From contig NW_027192191.1 of NCBI RefSeq assembly GCF_041956535.1, positions 879,443-943,442 on the forward strand: a stretch of DNA of 64,000 nt, written 5' to 3'. Of the stretch, positions 51,195-64,000 are shown one piece after another. The number at the start of each line of letters is the position of its first letter. The stretch's first letter is position 1. The notes under the pieces are model-generated. The model had not been told where the DNA came from. It worked only from the letters and a program-made list of their open reading frames with translations, and did no database searches. A program made the translations under genes and the position numbers. This stretch comes from Calcarisporiella thermophila CBS 279.70 (taxonomy: Eukaryota > Fungi > Calcarisporiellomycota).

Positions 51195-53762
51195 ATGTTA
51201 TATGGGGAATGGAAAATGGTAAGCCCTACAGTCTAGTTTTCTAGTTCTTTGAAGCTAAGAATTGCTCCCTTGTTCTGATAGACTAATCTTAAGGAATGTC
51301 AGGAAAAGCTAACGTCAGAAGGTAATTCATTTCATGTCCCAAGAATTTGGACAAGAGCATCTTGCTTACCCTAATGGCATGTATATCTAATTCTCATTTT
51401 TGTTCGCTCGATGTAGATGCTATTATGGAGCCCGGGATCGACTCCGTACTCGGAGAATTTGTCAAGTTAGGTGGGCAACCTGTTGATGCGGTCTCATTTC
51501 TCGCGGATTCCTATGTTGGCTTGCCCTCTATGTTTAATCTGCTATCGTCATGGAGCAAGGATCTAGGACTGGACGCAACTGCAGTAATGGAGCGGGAGAT
51601 GAAAAACATGCTGATCGAGCGCTTTAGTCCCAAAGCCGTTGATGGCGCCTTCATGAATTCAAAGGTAAGTGGTAGTAATCGTTCTGAATTGTATTCATAA
51701 TTGATTAATTAATCAATTTTCTCTTTTATACTTACTCCAAATATTAAATGAAGGACGTTCCGGAATGGTTGGAGGAGATGATAAAATACCCAGTATGGAG
51801 ATCAATGTTTTATGAGCTTTCGGAGAAGCACCCAAATAGCGCCCTCTTGAATTTTGCTATTCAGGTAGGATACTTAACTCCCGTTTTTCCGAAGGCCTAG
51901 GCTCATATTCTTTTTCAATTTTTGTTCACTTACAGAGAATTGCCGATGCGGGGCATCAATCTGAGATAGCTAGAGTGGCAACTGCGTCCACCTTTTTAAA
52001 TGTGTTTACTGGGGTGTTGATCGATACATTCGATCGACTTCGAGAGGAAGACGATATCACCCTGCAGCAAAAGCTACCTGATCTAACGGTACCCCACCTC
52101 CCTTTTTTGATGCCCAAAAATTGTTAGCGCTCAACGTACGCTGTCGATTTCTTATAGAAAATCTGCTGCCAATCCGATCGGAATTATGTCTATGCCCAGA
52201 CGCTTTTACAACAGTTAATATCAGAGCAAGGTGGCAAAGCGTTCAAGCGGATATCCCGAGAGCTTGAGCTTGCCGCTGCTGACCAAACACACAGGTAATA
52301 AAGAAGATCGCAGGCACTCTTCCAAATGTCCAAAAATCTTAATGGTCTGTTTTTTGTTTCAATAGGGCTCCGTTAATTCCTCTTATCCGTCACCTTCTTA
52401 ATAATGCGCCTGCGAGAGTAGCTAAAGTTTTGACAGCAATCACAGAGCAAAAGCAGCCTGCTGCCGGAGATATTGTGGAGGCAAGTGTATATCTCATATT
52501 GGGGTGGATTTCTTCATTCATTCTAAGATATGCTTCAATATAGCTGTATAAATTATATAATGATACCCCACCCCCCTCAGTTGAACACCTCCGTGATCCA
52601 GGGATTTTAGGTAGGCTTTCCCCTTCTCCCCCCCCCTCACATACTGTCTGTACGCACTCACAAAGCACCATTGTTATTTTTTTTTTCACAATTCGTCTTC
52701 AGAAAAATTCGTGGAAGCAGTTTTCACTCCTCCGAAACCTGATCAAGTCGCACGGCCTGATTTAATTGATAAAATGGTTTGGCTGCTTGCCTATGCGGCC
52801 AGCGTGCATGAGTCCAACGACGCGGAGCTGGACAAGACAGAATTTGAGGATACCTACAAAAGGTTGAAAACCCTCAGCCAACTCATCGCAAGAAAATCCA
52901 TCGGCGGCGACCTCTCCAGCTGCATGAAGGAGATTTTGGAGGTGATTGAGTGAGTCATCCGATGAGTTTATTTTTCTGCATGTTCCCGCTCTTTAACCTT
53001 TCATTTTCACCCCCATCAGCCTTCCGATGGCATCTATGGGCATCATCGTATGGATTAATTATATCCTAGAGCAAACCGATTACTACGAGACCTACTTCCG
53101 ACGGGACGTAGTGCCAGTACAGCATTTGCTATTAGAAGAGATCGCCTATCGTCACCCGCACCAGCGCGCACACGTTTTTACTGTATTGTACTCGAATTTC
53201 GAACTCCAACGGCCAAAACTTCATCCCGAAATAGGGGTAAGCACTCCTCGGCTATTGCTTCGTCGACACAAGCTTTGCTAACCAAACACCTACGCTTCTA
53301 CGACCAGATGCTGGTTCGCAAGAGTTTGCTGGACCAAATGATCCATCTCATGCAGCTCGGATTTGTCACCCCAGTGGTCCGATACATGGCTCGCCGTGCC
53401 ACTGCGCTCGATCAAAGTCTTGCTGCCCACTTTGCCAAACGCATGCTCGAGCTGGCCCTTCCACCCTACCCGGAGGAGTTCGTCAAGATGGCGGTCAAAT
53501 TTGTCGAGCCGGTGGCCGATGTCCTGGTGAAATCCGCCGATTGCGAGCGGGCCGTCATTGAGTTTTTGGGTAATCTATATTTATTTCGGAATAACTCTGC
53601 CGTTCTATTTTCTATTTAACGCTTATTTTTAATTCCATTTTTATTTCCTTCTCTTTGTGTCTGTACCCGTGTATAGATGCTATTGAGCCTAACCAGGAGC
53701 CGCCCATCTCCGCTGACTTGATGGAGCGGGTACAGCATCTGCGCAAAAGATTCGGCCATTAG
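51195..53762 (+). CDS. NELFCD: Negative elongation factor C/D (TH1-like), many exons
   Basis: ECQEKLTSEDAIMEPGI, LADSYVG, PEWLEEMIKYPVWRSMFYELSEKHP..LLNFAIQRIADAGHQSEI, PPPSVEHLRDP, LLEEIAYRHP, LDQMIHLMQLGFVTPV and PPYPEEF. Start exon uncertain. Confidence 0.85.
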
Positions 53763-54188
53763 TGAAGCGTAGTGAATAGGAAAAAAAAAACTTTCAAGCA
53801 AAGGACAATTTCTGCGTTTGTTTATTTGTTTATTTCTCTGTGAATCCTCATCTTTGCATAGCCTTTGTACGAATAAAACGATATCGATCCGAATCGGATT
53901 GTTGGCAATGAAGAGATAAGACATTATATTCCATCTAAATATAGCATAAATATACACTCGGTGGCTAATACAATGAAGGCGCAAAGGAAGAGATAAGAAG
54001 GGGAGAAGGAGGTGGGATGGCGTCGTGGTTTTGATGAGTATAAAGGAAATGGGATTATTGGTGTGAAGGGAAGGCATGGGAAAAAAAAATAGATAGATTA
54101 TAGAACATGGGGTTGCAATGAGAGAGTGGCTAAAGAATACGGACTAGTTATAGGAAAGGAGGACATCTCGGCATAAACTATTTAGAGT

Positions 54189-55088
54189 TTAAAAGAAAAA
54201 GAAGCGCCTTCGGGGCGGAACCGCGTCCACCGGCTCTTTGTAGACAGCAGGACCGTAGCGGCTTCTCTGGAAATACTGGACAATAATGCCCAGAAGAGCC
54301 AAGGCCGCAACACCGCCAAGCATTCCCAATGCCTTCGGATTGGCGTCGTACGCGGTGGTGTGGCGACTATCCAAGAATTGAAGAGTGGCATACATGAATC
54401 CAGTGTTAAGGAAGATGTCTAAGCCGAAGAAGACGGCGAAGGCACCCCCAATCGAGGTGGTGATGATGATCACAAAGCGTTCGAAAAAGATCGTCAGGAC
54501 CAAGCCTGCAACCGCCATGAGCGCAAGGAAGAGGATGCGACCCCAGTAGGGCGTAATCACGCCCCCGGCTTTCCACGAGAGGATCCACAACCCAAGTGCC
54601 CAGAATCCGAGTGCACCCACGAGCCAGACCCCGACGCGCCAACAGCACGCCGCAACCGCCCCCAGCACGAGGCCGACTCCAACGCTCACGACAAGATATA
54701 TTGTTGTTGCATGGGGCCCATATCCAGCCGACGGCTCTGCATTCGTCAGTCCAATCCAGGTAATAAGTCCAAACACAATTGCGCCCGCTATAAATGCAGT
54801 GAGCCGTATGTGCCGATAACCAGAGAAGACGAGGAACAGCCCGAAGAGGATGAGTAGCACGGCCAGTATGATGGCATGAACGGTAAGTGTTCTGCCGTTA
54901 ATGTTCACCAGCGGGCCATCACTACTGCTCCCTATTGTGCCCGGATCTCTCTGCTGTCGAGCTTCAAGCACAGGGTAGGCTAATGCACTGGTTGCATAGG
55001 AGAGGACAAAAACAAAAAGTAAAAAATACGCAAGCAATGGACGGCGGCTGTTGCCACTCCGTAGTGGCGATAGGGTGTGTTTTAGCAT
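54189..55088 (-). CDS. TMEM198/TM7S3 (DUF4203) family membrane protein
   Basis: Signal-like N-terminus and about 7 TM helices, with GLFLVFSGYR, TSIGGAF..GLDIF and GIIVQY motifs. Confidence 0.78.
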   Translation of the reverse strand: MLKHTLSPLRSGNSRRPLLAYFLLFVFVLSYATSALAYPVLEARQQRDPGTIGSSSDGPLVNINGRTLTVHAIILAVLLILFGLFLVFSGYRHIRLTAFIAGAIVFGLITWIGLTNAEPSAGYGPHATTIYLVVSVGVGLVLGAVAACCWRVGVWLVGALGFWALGLWILSWKAGGVITPYWGRILFLALMAVAGLVLTIFFERFVIIITTSIGGAFAVFFGLDIFLNTGFMYATLQFLDSRHTTAYDANPKALGMLGGVAALALLGIIVQYFQRSRYGPAVYKEPVDAVPPRRRFFFF

Positions 55089-55767
55089 GCTTAACTTAAT
55101 TGTTTTGACTCGTATGGGGGGTGGGGGAAAAATAATGGAAGCGGTTCGGAGAGAGTGGAAAACTGTTGGTTCTAGTGCAGCACGATGTGAGGTTTATATA
55201 TATATCAGGAGTCTGAAGAAGAAAAAGGAAAAAAAGGACTTAAACAAGCAGCTACGTCATGTTTTAGCATAGAAATTTAGCCAAGTGATTTGAAAAATTT
55301 TCGAGAATCTTGCTATAATTAGGGATGCGCCAAAACTTAAGGTTAGAGAGATGTTGGTGACTATATTCGTAAAGAAAGTTTTAAGCCACAATGTAGGAAC
55401 GCTTCTATTGAAAATATGAATCAGTGCGTTTTGTTTGTTTTTTTTTCCGTAACTCAAGGGCAATATATTTTTATCATGCTCTTAATATAAATAAAAATAT
55501 GTTCCATGTCATCCGTCCAGGCATGTGCTCATAAATAGTGTATACATTGAGAAACGGGAGTTATCATTTTTATTGTTCGGTTAAATGTCTCACCTAACAG
55601 CAGAACAGAGCACAATATAAGTAAAAAAGTGGCACATTGCTTAAATAAAAGGAGAGAATAAATAGTCGAAATAGAGTAGTGATAAATAATTAAGAAAACC
55701 AAAGTCATTATTCCACAGAAGATTACGTATACATGCAATAACTTATTACTTGGGTTCCGTTCCAAAA

Positions 55768-56788
55768 CTACTGAGTGGGGAGGTCCAGCTTATTGAGGTC
55801 CTCCATGTTCACTTGAGCTTCGGCCTCAGCGGGCAAGGGCTCTTTCCACTTGCGCTCCCACAGAGGATCTCCATAACGATTCTTGACGAGGTGGACGAGG
55901 AACCACAGAATGTATACGACGAGCGCAAATACAATCAAGCCCACATACGACCCAATGGTTACTCCTGCACCGTTCCGCTCCCAGTTCAAGAATTCGTACA
56001 CCCAGAAGTTATTTCTAACAGCAGTGAAGAGAAGCGGCTTAGTCATCCAGCAAAATCATGAGGAATGAAATTCCATCTCACATATATCGATTCAGAATGG
56101 CCAAGCAAAGGTATAGGAGAAGCAACAGGATGCACGCCACAAAGTGGGAGAGGGCCATATTGTTTCTGCTGAGGAAACCCTCTATTACCATGACGACTAA
56201 ATCCATCCCATGCACGCTTAAATTGCGCCAGTACTCAATTCGATTCAGTTTATAAACATCTTTTGCGAGCAAAATCCAAAAAGTAGTGGGAACTATCACA
56301 TGAAATGTGATAAGGGTCTCGTAGAGGAACCAGAACGCGTAGCTGAATGGGCGCGGCTGTCGGAGAAAGGATGAGGGGACTCGCGGTTTAGGTCGGAGAA
56401 CGTAAATGAGGGAATGGATGGATGCAGCCTATGGAGGGGGGAAATAGGTTAACATCATATAATGTACAAATCCAGATTGGCGATCCATTATCACTACCAG
56501 AAAATACAAGACCAAGCCCGTGTAGGTGAGATTAGTGAAAAATACCCAGAATCTATACGGACGCTGCCTCTCCAAAATCCAAGATGTAATAATGGCAGTT
56601 AAGGAATAGGCCATGATCACCAGGCGGACGATCAGGAGGAGCCACGGTGGGCCTGCCCATGTGGTGACGCATCGTTCAGGGTCAAAGCTAGAGAGAGCAA
56701 AGAAGCGAGATAATCCGTTTTGAGGAGCAGGGTAATTAACCCTGGGGGGGAGGGATGAGGACACGACCGGACATTTGAAAGCTCCCAT
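55768..56788 (-). CDS. Multi-pass membrane protein (FAR-17a/AIG1 / rolling-stone-like), 3 exons
   Basis: FFTNLTY, LSVHG and WVYEFLNW motifs; introns 56497-56429 and about 56081-56016 restore the frame. Confidence 0.7.
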
Positions 56789-57656
56789 AGCGGAAACAAC
56801 GACGACCCAAGTGTGTGTGGAGATGAATGGAATACAGGAACTAGCGGGAGATCCGCTTACTCGAATGAAAGGAATGAAGAAACCACAACAATGTAGAAAA
56901 TAAAATTTGGGTTGAACAAAATTAAAAGCATAGGGCAGCTCCAAACGCGGAATTGGAGAGCACCAGTCACCAATTATTAATATAGAATATGAAGCTAGTG
57001 CCACGCTAGTGGAATAAAAACATGGCTGCCAAGCTCGTTTTCGCAAGCAGATTCTGTTGAGTGCCGCTCGTCGATAGGGTATTTATTCGATCAGCAGAAA
57101 TTTCGACTGGCCCCCCGCCACGGCTAAAACTCTCATGGGGTAAAGGTTTCGAGACTACGGGGTTCCATTAGCACTCGATTCCCCCTTTTGAGAAATCGAA
57201 CCCCCGACGTTTCCACGATGGCTTAGCGCGCGTTTCTGCCCAAACACCTTTCCCGCTAACTTCTCACTCTCAGGCTCGATGCCAGCCGGAGATTAATTCG
57301 GTCCAGCTGAACATTGTTGCACGTGGACCCCGTGCTTTGGCGCAGATGCAACAGGGCACTGCAGACGCGATGGCAGATGCATACATTGGTGGGGGGAGGG
57401 TGCTGACTGGGAATTGGAAAAATGACCTTTATATGAAATCGCTATTTACAAGATTAAACACCTAAAAATCGAGATATCGTGTACATTGGATTGCAAATTC
57501 AAAAGTAAAATAGATGTATAAATATATAAATATATAAATATATAAATATATACTGGCTACATTATTAGAGGATATATTAACTGGAAAATGAACAAGAACG
57601 CGCGTAGATCTTTATGTACTTTATACAGAGATGCCAAAAGCCTCAAACGCTGTTTC

Positions 57657-59489
57657 CTACCAGCCAATGATCCTCTTCCCATTGGTATGGGAGATGGAGT
57701 GGTGGCTACTTCCAGATAATGACGAGTCTGTGGAAGCAAATTCTGCCTGCGAGATCCAGATGCCTAACCCACCCAACGACGCATACTGCCTGGTTTCTTC
57801 TGCTGCAGAGTCTACATCTCCATCCTCAATGGTGTTATCCAATGTTTCCAATCCTTTGCCCTCATTCATCCCTTTCGCCGCCCGGTTAATCTGACTGTTG
57901 TCTTGATATTCTGGTCTATATTCGGCCTGATCCGCAATCAGATCGAGAAACACTTTTGCTTCCTCTTCGATTTTTCTCCCGTATTTTCCCCGGCCGCTTT
58001 CTGGTTTTACAGTTACGGTAACGGTAGATGAGGTGGAAGCAGGAGAGATGTATTGTTGAGTTGTGACACGCGAATCCATCAAAGGGGATGGGGCAGGTGT
58101 TAGCGACGAGGTAGAGAAAGTAGAGGATGAGTCGGAATGAAAAGGTGAGATGGTGGCCTCTGCCATAATGGGAGAAAGAGAATGGGGGGTTCGATTCCCG
58201 AACTTGTTGGGCGGGCATGAGTTTTGCGGACTGTACTGGCCACTTGGTTGATTCTCTTCCAGGAAATTAACAAGTGTTTGGTAGTCGACAATCGGTGTCA
58301 TGGTGATTCCGGAATGCTTGTCGTTCGATAAAGTAACCCCTTCAGCGTTTAGATTGTGTCGTCTGGGGGAAGCGGTATTATTGATCGGCTTTGGCTCTAC
58401 CACTGGGATATTGTGTCTCCTTGATTTAGGGTGATTGCCCTTGTCGCTTTCTAGCAGAAAATGCGACTTGAGTTTAGGAGAAGAAGATTTTGCCTTCGGC
58501 TGCCCTGGCTTGTATGAAGACATAACTGTTTGTTCAAGTATCTGCTCCCGCCACTTTGCGTTTGCACCGTGGTCCTCTTCACTCCGAGCCTTCTCATCCA
58601 AGCTGGGTTTCATATATCTTAGCATGCCATCCGGGTTACCACCATGGGGTGGATTCGGCTGCTTATACTGGACTTCTGGTGTTCTTGGCGATGAATTTCC
58701 ATGCTTGCTCTGGTGGATTGGGGGGGAAGTAGCCCCATCTTTTGTGCGCCTCCCATTAGGTATCCGTACATTATGACCCATTCGCCTCTTAGGTAAATCT
58801 AAAGAGTTAGATCGAAACAGCTGTGCCCCGTTTGAATTCTGCTGTTCAGCGATGAGCTTGACATACATTGCATATGAAGCTCTTGCTGAAGGAGTAGAGG
58901 TAGGGGTTCTAGGAGTTTGGTGTCCATATCTATCGGTTGATGGAGAAGGGGCAGAGGGTGGTGTAGAGTGTGAGGCGTTGGTAGTGAAGGAAAGCGAATT
59001 ATCGGTGGAAGCTGTGGACCCGGAGGGAGAGCTAGAGGCCGGGTCTCGATGCCGGTGGAATATAAGGCTCCGTAAGTTGGCCCGTAGCCGAGCTGAAAAG
59101 CAAGGGCTCCGAGTTTGGTGCGAGGCGCTGGAGCTCGCGGGGGGTGCGGGGAGTTGCTTTTCGAGTCTCCTACTGGGCTCGTGCAAAAATAGTTTTGCAG
59201 GTAGCCTTGGTGGGGACCTCCGAGCAAGCAGCGGGACCGGAGCTTTGTTATCGTCCCGGGGCTGGTGATTGCTTCCCAGGAGTTCGAGATAAGGTGTTTT
59301 AGACGCTGTTAACTCTCCGGCCTCTTTCTTATATCCAGCTCTCATCCTGCGATCGCCTGGAGTAAGGGAGAGCGAAAGTCTGGAAATTTCACTGAGGCCA
59401 TTGTCCCACCAAGTTTCTTGTGGCAAGCCCTCCCGCACCACGGACGAAGCCTTTTCTTTCTTCTGGGAAGAATAGGAGGTCATTCCCAT
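57657..59489 (-). CDS. Hypothetical low-complexity (S/P/T-rich) protein
   Basis: Open ORF of about 610 codons, disordered composition, no recognisable domain; 5' end uncertain. Confidence 0.6.
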   Translation of the reverse strand: MGMTSYSSQKKEKASSVVREGLPQETWWDNGLSEISRLSLSLTPGDRRMRAGYKKEAGELTASKTPYLELLGSNHQPRDDNKAPVPLLARRSPPRLPAKLFLHEPSRRLEKQLPAPPASSSASHQTRSPCFSARLRANLRSLIFHRHRDPASSSPSGSTASTDNSLSFTTNASHSTPPSAPSPSTDRYGHQTPRTPTSTPSARASYAMYVKLIAEQQNSNGAQLFRSNSLDLPKRRMGHNVRIPNGRRTKDGATSPPIHQSKHGNSSPRTPEVQYKQPNPPHGGNPDGMLRYMKPSLDEKARSEEDHGANAKWREQILEQTVMSSYKPGQPKAKSSSPKLKSHFLLESDKGNHPKSRRHNIPVVEPKPINNTASPRRHNLNAEGVTLSNDKHSGITMTPIVDYQTLVNFLEENQPSGQYSPQNSCPPNKFGNRTPHSLSPIMAEATISPFHSDSSSTFSTSSLTPAPSPLMDSRVTTQQYISPASTSSTVTVTVKPESGRGKYGRKIEEEAKVFLDLIADQAEYRPEYQDNSQINRAAKGMNEGKGLETLDNTIEDGDVDSAAEETRQYASLGGLGIWISQAEFASTDSSLSGSSHHSISHTNGKRIIGW

Positions 59490-61680
59490 TGGCACATAAA
59501 GTACGTATAGCCCAACTATAGTTTGGAAACAAGAGGTTGGGAGGGTATCTTTATGCTAAGTAGAAGAAGTCGGGGCTAATAATTAAGTTAAAAGCGAGAA
59601 AGAGGGGGGAAAAAATGAACAGAAAATTTTCTCGTGATTGAGAACGGAAGATATATGGAACAGCATTATTAATCAAACGTTCATCGATCATGGTGTAACC
59701 ATAAAATCGATCGGTGAATCAAGAGGTGAGAAGAAATAAAAATAGAGTCCGTGTGTTTATTCTGACCCATATTAGGATTTTTGAATCAAACATCAAATGC
59801 GTACAACGATCATTGTATGTTTGTTTTGGGTTATTTTAATGGGTTGTCTGTTAAATTAAAGGATAGGAAGTGTTTTGAAGATTGCTTTGTACGAAACTTA
59901 CCCAACTGGCGGATGAACTAATTCTTTATTTGGAAATATCTGTTTATGGTTTAGATCCAATTTTGCATGCTGGCCGAGGGCAACCGGCTCCCTCTCCTAG
60001 TGGGCCACGGTAACATATATGCATAAAAGCCCCAATGCCCATTCTGTACAAATTTTCATCTCAAGTGAAGGCAATATTTTCCGGATGGGTTTTCTGAACA
60101 TAACAAGGTTTGTATATTTGGCCAAATATTAAAGGAGCAAAGCTCTCCAACTAGACGCAGTGATTCATTATTATATCACATTCCACACCGACAGATGTCT
60201 TCATTGCATAAAGCATCAATTCATATAAAAAACGAAAAAATCACACAAAGGTCGCAAGCACAGGTTTGAGGGTGCTCAATTACCTAAACCAGATAAGTAT
60301 TAAAAGAACTAAAGTGCTTGTGATCAAGTAGCAACCTTTCCTAAAGAAATTCCAATATCAAAGTACGATTCCACAGCTACTTAAGTGAGATGGAAGACAT
60401 ATGAACCGGAAGGGCATGTTAGCTAAACTTTTCTCTCTTCCCTTCAAGACTTTTTCTTCTCTCCTCTTCTTCTCTCCCTTTTTTTTTTCTAATAATTTTT
60501 TGTTACTTTATAGATTCAGAAACAGATGGCCACCTATTCAATACCGTCCGTATCTATATTATGTCCGAATTTTACTCACGGCTGAAACGCTATATTAAAG
60601 AGAGGATAGGTCTTTGTTGTATTTCACAGTCTCAGCTCTCTTAGGGCGAATGTTTTCTTCGTTTTTGTGTAAATCTCTTAAACCCATACCATACTGGGAG
60701 AAACTTAACACCACTATTAACTGTTTGAAACCAAGTTATGTTTCTCCGGTCGCTGTTTGCTATCTCTTTGCCTTATCGTGGCCAAAGCACTTAATCAGGG
60801 ATGCTAAGGATGCACGAAAATCCCTTCTTAACAGTTGGGGAACATCGATACCTTCATCTCGAAATTTGCTTCGTGTTCATTGTTGTACATCATTTAATTT
60901 ATCACAACTCGCATCGGCATCAATGAAAGAGATAATACGATGCTCCGTAAAATGCCATCATCTCTATTGATTGAACGGGATAGTTGTCTATTCCACATTG
61001 AACTAACCTAGATCAATATCAGGGTGGTTAATTGTGTCTAACAGTTGCTATGTAAACGGGGGTTCCAGCCACTCATGAGTGGGTGCTATATTCTATGTAT
61101 ACAGTTCGCACAATATCGGCTAATACGCTTCCCGGATTTAGAATAAGCGTATATACTCTTAATGTTTGTTTCGCAGTGGCTCTTGCATCGGTTAATAAAC
61201 ACAATTCTTCCGTAGCCTCGGGGGGAGGAAGTGCGGAGGGAAACTATATGTCTCAATATTCTTCTCAACTTATTAAGATGCTGGGTTATGTTTCAGCCCA
61301 CCTTGCTGGAACCTGGTCCAACATCTTAACCGAGAGAGCGCGCAAGGTTAAGAAGTTTCACACACTCAATCCAGCTGGCTTGACTAAAATAGAGGCTTAG
61401 GGGCAAAGTCCTCCCGAATCATCGTAAGCGAGGGTCTTATCGAGGTTTGGAAGAGGGGAAGAGCTTCGAAAATCCCTACCCCATTGGATGGGTGTTTAAG
61501 AGTTGGGCGCAGGAGGTGATCAGGACACTTTTACTTCCTTTTTATAAATGTGTTTTATGATCTTCCAAAATTTCGTCTCCCTTTGCCCCCTATTCTTCCT
61601 CTCGAGTCTTTAATTTCCTCTTCGGATCGGCTAGCCCTCATCCCCAAAGGATCAAAGCACACTCTCATATCCACGACAAG

Positions 61681-62341
61681 ATGGGGATTCGAAGTTTTAT
61701 ACGTTCAAGGTGGCATCGTGTCAGCGGTCGAAGCCCAAAGGTAATCATTCACACGAATATGGCTTTATAGATCTTATGCAGAGTATTCTCATCCATGGTT
61801 GTTCCATTAGCACTCTACCACTAAGGCCTTTTTCGCATCTTGGCCGAACCTGTTACCCCTTTCCAATTCTCTCGTTTCATTGCACGAAGGCTCGGAGGCG
61901 TATCATCTCCGCATGCGTTCACCAAGTGTGGGCTGCCCGCGCCTAGAGAACGAGGACTCCTGGGATTCTTATCTTGAGCTTCTTGCCAGTCGCAATCCCC
62001 CCACTTTTTCAATCAACTCACCACAAGCAATACCTCCACTGAGAAAAGTCCACACAGAAGCCATCGATGCACCTTCTCCGTTTAACTCGCAGGCGTCGGA
62101 ATCAACTGCTCTTGATGAGACTGCTCCCCCGACGCCTCTAGAGTCATCTTCAGAGAGTCGTCATGTGACCTTTGTCTGCGGTAGCCCTCTAGAACCAGCA
62201 GACTCCCGCGCAAGTAAATACATTCGACAAAACTGCTCATGTTGTGGTGACGTATTCAATGATCTTGATTCGGGAATCGCCAGTATTTATTACGCTCCTG
62301 CTTCATCTTCTCCCTCGTCAGCTCCGTTACTACCGCTTTAA
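61681..62341 (+). CDS. Hypothetical S/P-rich protein; exons 61681-61740 and 61811-62341
   Basis: An ATG exon (MGIRSFIRSRW...) splices in frame via GT-AG into the 61880-62341 ORF; CSCCG motif near the C-terminus. Confidence 0.5.
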
Positions 62342-64000
62342 TTTTACATTTCTTGCAATCCAAAAAAGTCATTCCTCTTAGCATTTTACCTCATATACAC
62401 TTTTATATTACAGCTTGTGTTTATTCCCCCATTTTTATCTGCCGATTTTTCCCTTAAAATAATATAATGTTCTAGAATAGAATGAGCACTAGTTAACTGC
62501 CTGTTGACACATATTTTATACATTACTTTATTATTCCAAATATGTGGAAACATTTTGTAGAGCAAAAATAAAGATTCCTCGTCAGAAAGTGTTAATTCAG
62601 CTTACCTTTCCATGAAGGGAGAGTTTTCTATGGCATAAAAGCAGAACAATAGAGTAGTTAGTCTAAAGTTCGATATAAATGCAGGAAAGAGAAAATAAAT
62701 AAATGTTTTCTCAGGTGAATTAAAAGATTTCTTTCAAAACATTTCAGAAGTCTAACATATATGAAAGTGAAAGCATCATAGACAGGATAATAAAAGAAAA
62801 GAATAAGACTTGACTACTTACCATAAGCTATACGTTTACAAGATGATCCAGAGTAATGATTAATTACTATAAAATGTGATCGCAATAGATAAAGTTTATT
62901 TAAACAAGAACGCAAACAAAAATTTCAAATAAATACCCTAAATAATGAGGCTTAGACTTTTACGCGTCACTCTAATTGAATCAATTCATTGTAATCCGAC
63001 GAGGAATAGGTACTTTTAATTTCTTCTCCGGTCTTTATTCCAGGTAATTTTATTCCTTCTCTCCCCTCACCTACCCCTTCTGTTAACACTTTCACGTGTA
63101 ATCACCCAATAGCTATTGACTTTTATATCCTAGTGGAGCTTTAAAATTTTAACTCATGAACGGTGCTATAGCAGAGATAAGCTCAAATATGATTAGACTG
63201 ATTTTAAAATATTTACATTCATTATTGATTTTAGCAACGCTGCTCTAGTTTGCATTTTTTAACTCTTTTTGTTATTTCGATCTTGATAACATTTTATGTA
63301 TTTCCTACTATGATTCATTGAACCATTTATCAGGCCTTTTTATATATTTCGTTATTGCTATCTCTGCAACCATTTCTGCTGAAAAGGTTTGTCCACTTGG
63401 CAAGGATCCAGAATCGTATAAAGATGAGATTAAGAAATGCTTCTTTGAGCAGATCTATCAACTATGATAAACCTTGACGCTGTTGCGATTCCTGGTTACG
63501 GTAAAAAAATTCAAATTTGATCTATCCACTGCCTAGTCACCAACAAAAGGAAGAATGCACCGAAGTCTCTTCGCAACACTCTCTGAAGCGAACAAGCGCA
63601 GTATCAGACATAACGTGGCAGGGGTATATAGCCATTACATTAACTCAAGTAATTGAAAATGAAATTAAGTCCAAGCATGCATATTTAAGCCCTTTTCAAC
63701 TTCAATATCCCCAGCGTTTTAGCTTTTCCTCTTTGAATGTAGCTTGCATATATTCCTATAAATAGCGTAGGTACCTTTTTTGCAATACCATCCCACTCTA
63801 TTTCTACGAGTTGTAATAAAAATATTTTGATTCCGAAAAATAAGTTGTCGGTTTGTGACTTTTAATTGGCTTTAGGTTAGCACTAAGTACAGCGGTTTAG
63901 AATAAATGGAATAAGCAGTCAACAACCCAAGTTTCACGTTCCCATCTTCCATAACTTTTATTACAATCTACCTTATTTTTTTTTTCTTGTTTTACTATTT

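Noticed and set aside
57520-57552. (ATATATAA)n repeat
   Set aside because: Ordinary 3' UTR microsatellite; not CRISPR-like, as there are no spacers.
58188-58200. GGTTCGATTCC tRNA B-box-like motif
   Set aside because: It lies inside a coding ORF with no cloverleaf or A-box; no tRNA or rRNA was found in the window.
63330-63765. Possible small secreted peptide exon (FVIAISATISAEKVCPLG...)
   Set aside because: No convincing start exon or gene model can be built within the window.

Overview
Eukaryotic, intron-containing DNA (mostly 60-90 nt GT-AG introns, AT-rich spacers). The gene content (P2C Na/K-type ATPase, NELF-C/D, fungal HID1/Tfc3/Aurora/H3.3) points to an early-diverging fungus (Mucoromycota/Zoopagomycota-like; this is an inference). 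Housekeeping genes fill about 0.5-21 kb and 41-62 kb. Between them lies an accessory region (about 21-39 kb) containing: an intronless bacterial-type caspase (peptidase C14) with a C-terminal N/G/Q-rich amyloid-signalling-like tail; a compositionally foreign, half-length RAD3/XPD pseudogene; two identical 236-bp solo-LTR-like elements with 5-bp TSDs and a third candidate solo LTR; a GC-rich, intronless, secreted plant-type gulonolactone oxidase; a LINE remnant; an NB-ARC-TPR NLR with no N-terminal effector domain, oriented divergently from the caspase; a frameshifted Streptomyces-type chaplin gene; and an F-box-less Cdc4-like WD40 gene. Small genes missed or mis-framed by the ORF track were recovered by manual translation: a 27-aa metallothionein, a 108-aa CFEM-like secreted protein and the chaplin. 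The best candidates for a novel system are the caspase(amyloid tail)-NLR pair and the fungal chaplin. All family assignments come from motif recognition by eye, not database searches.
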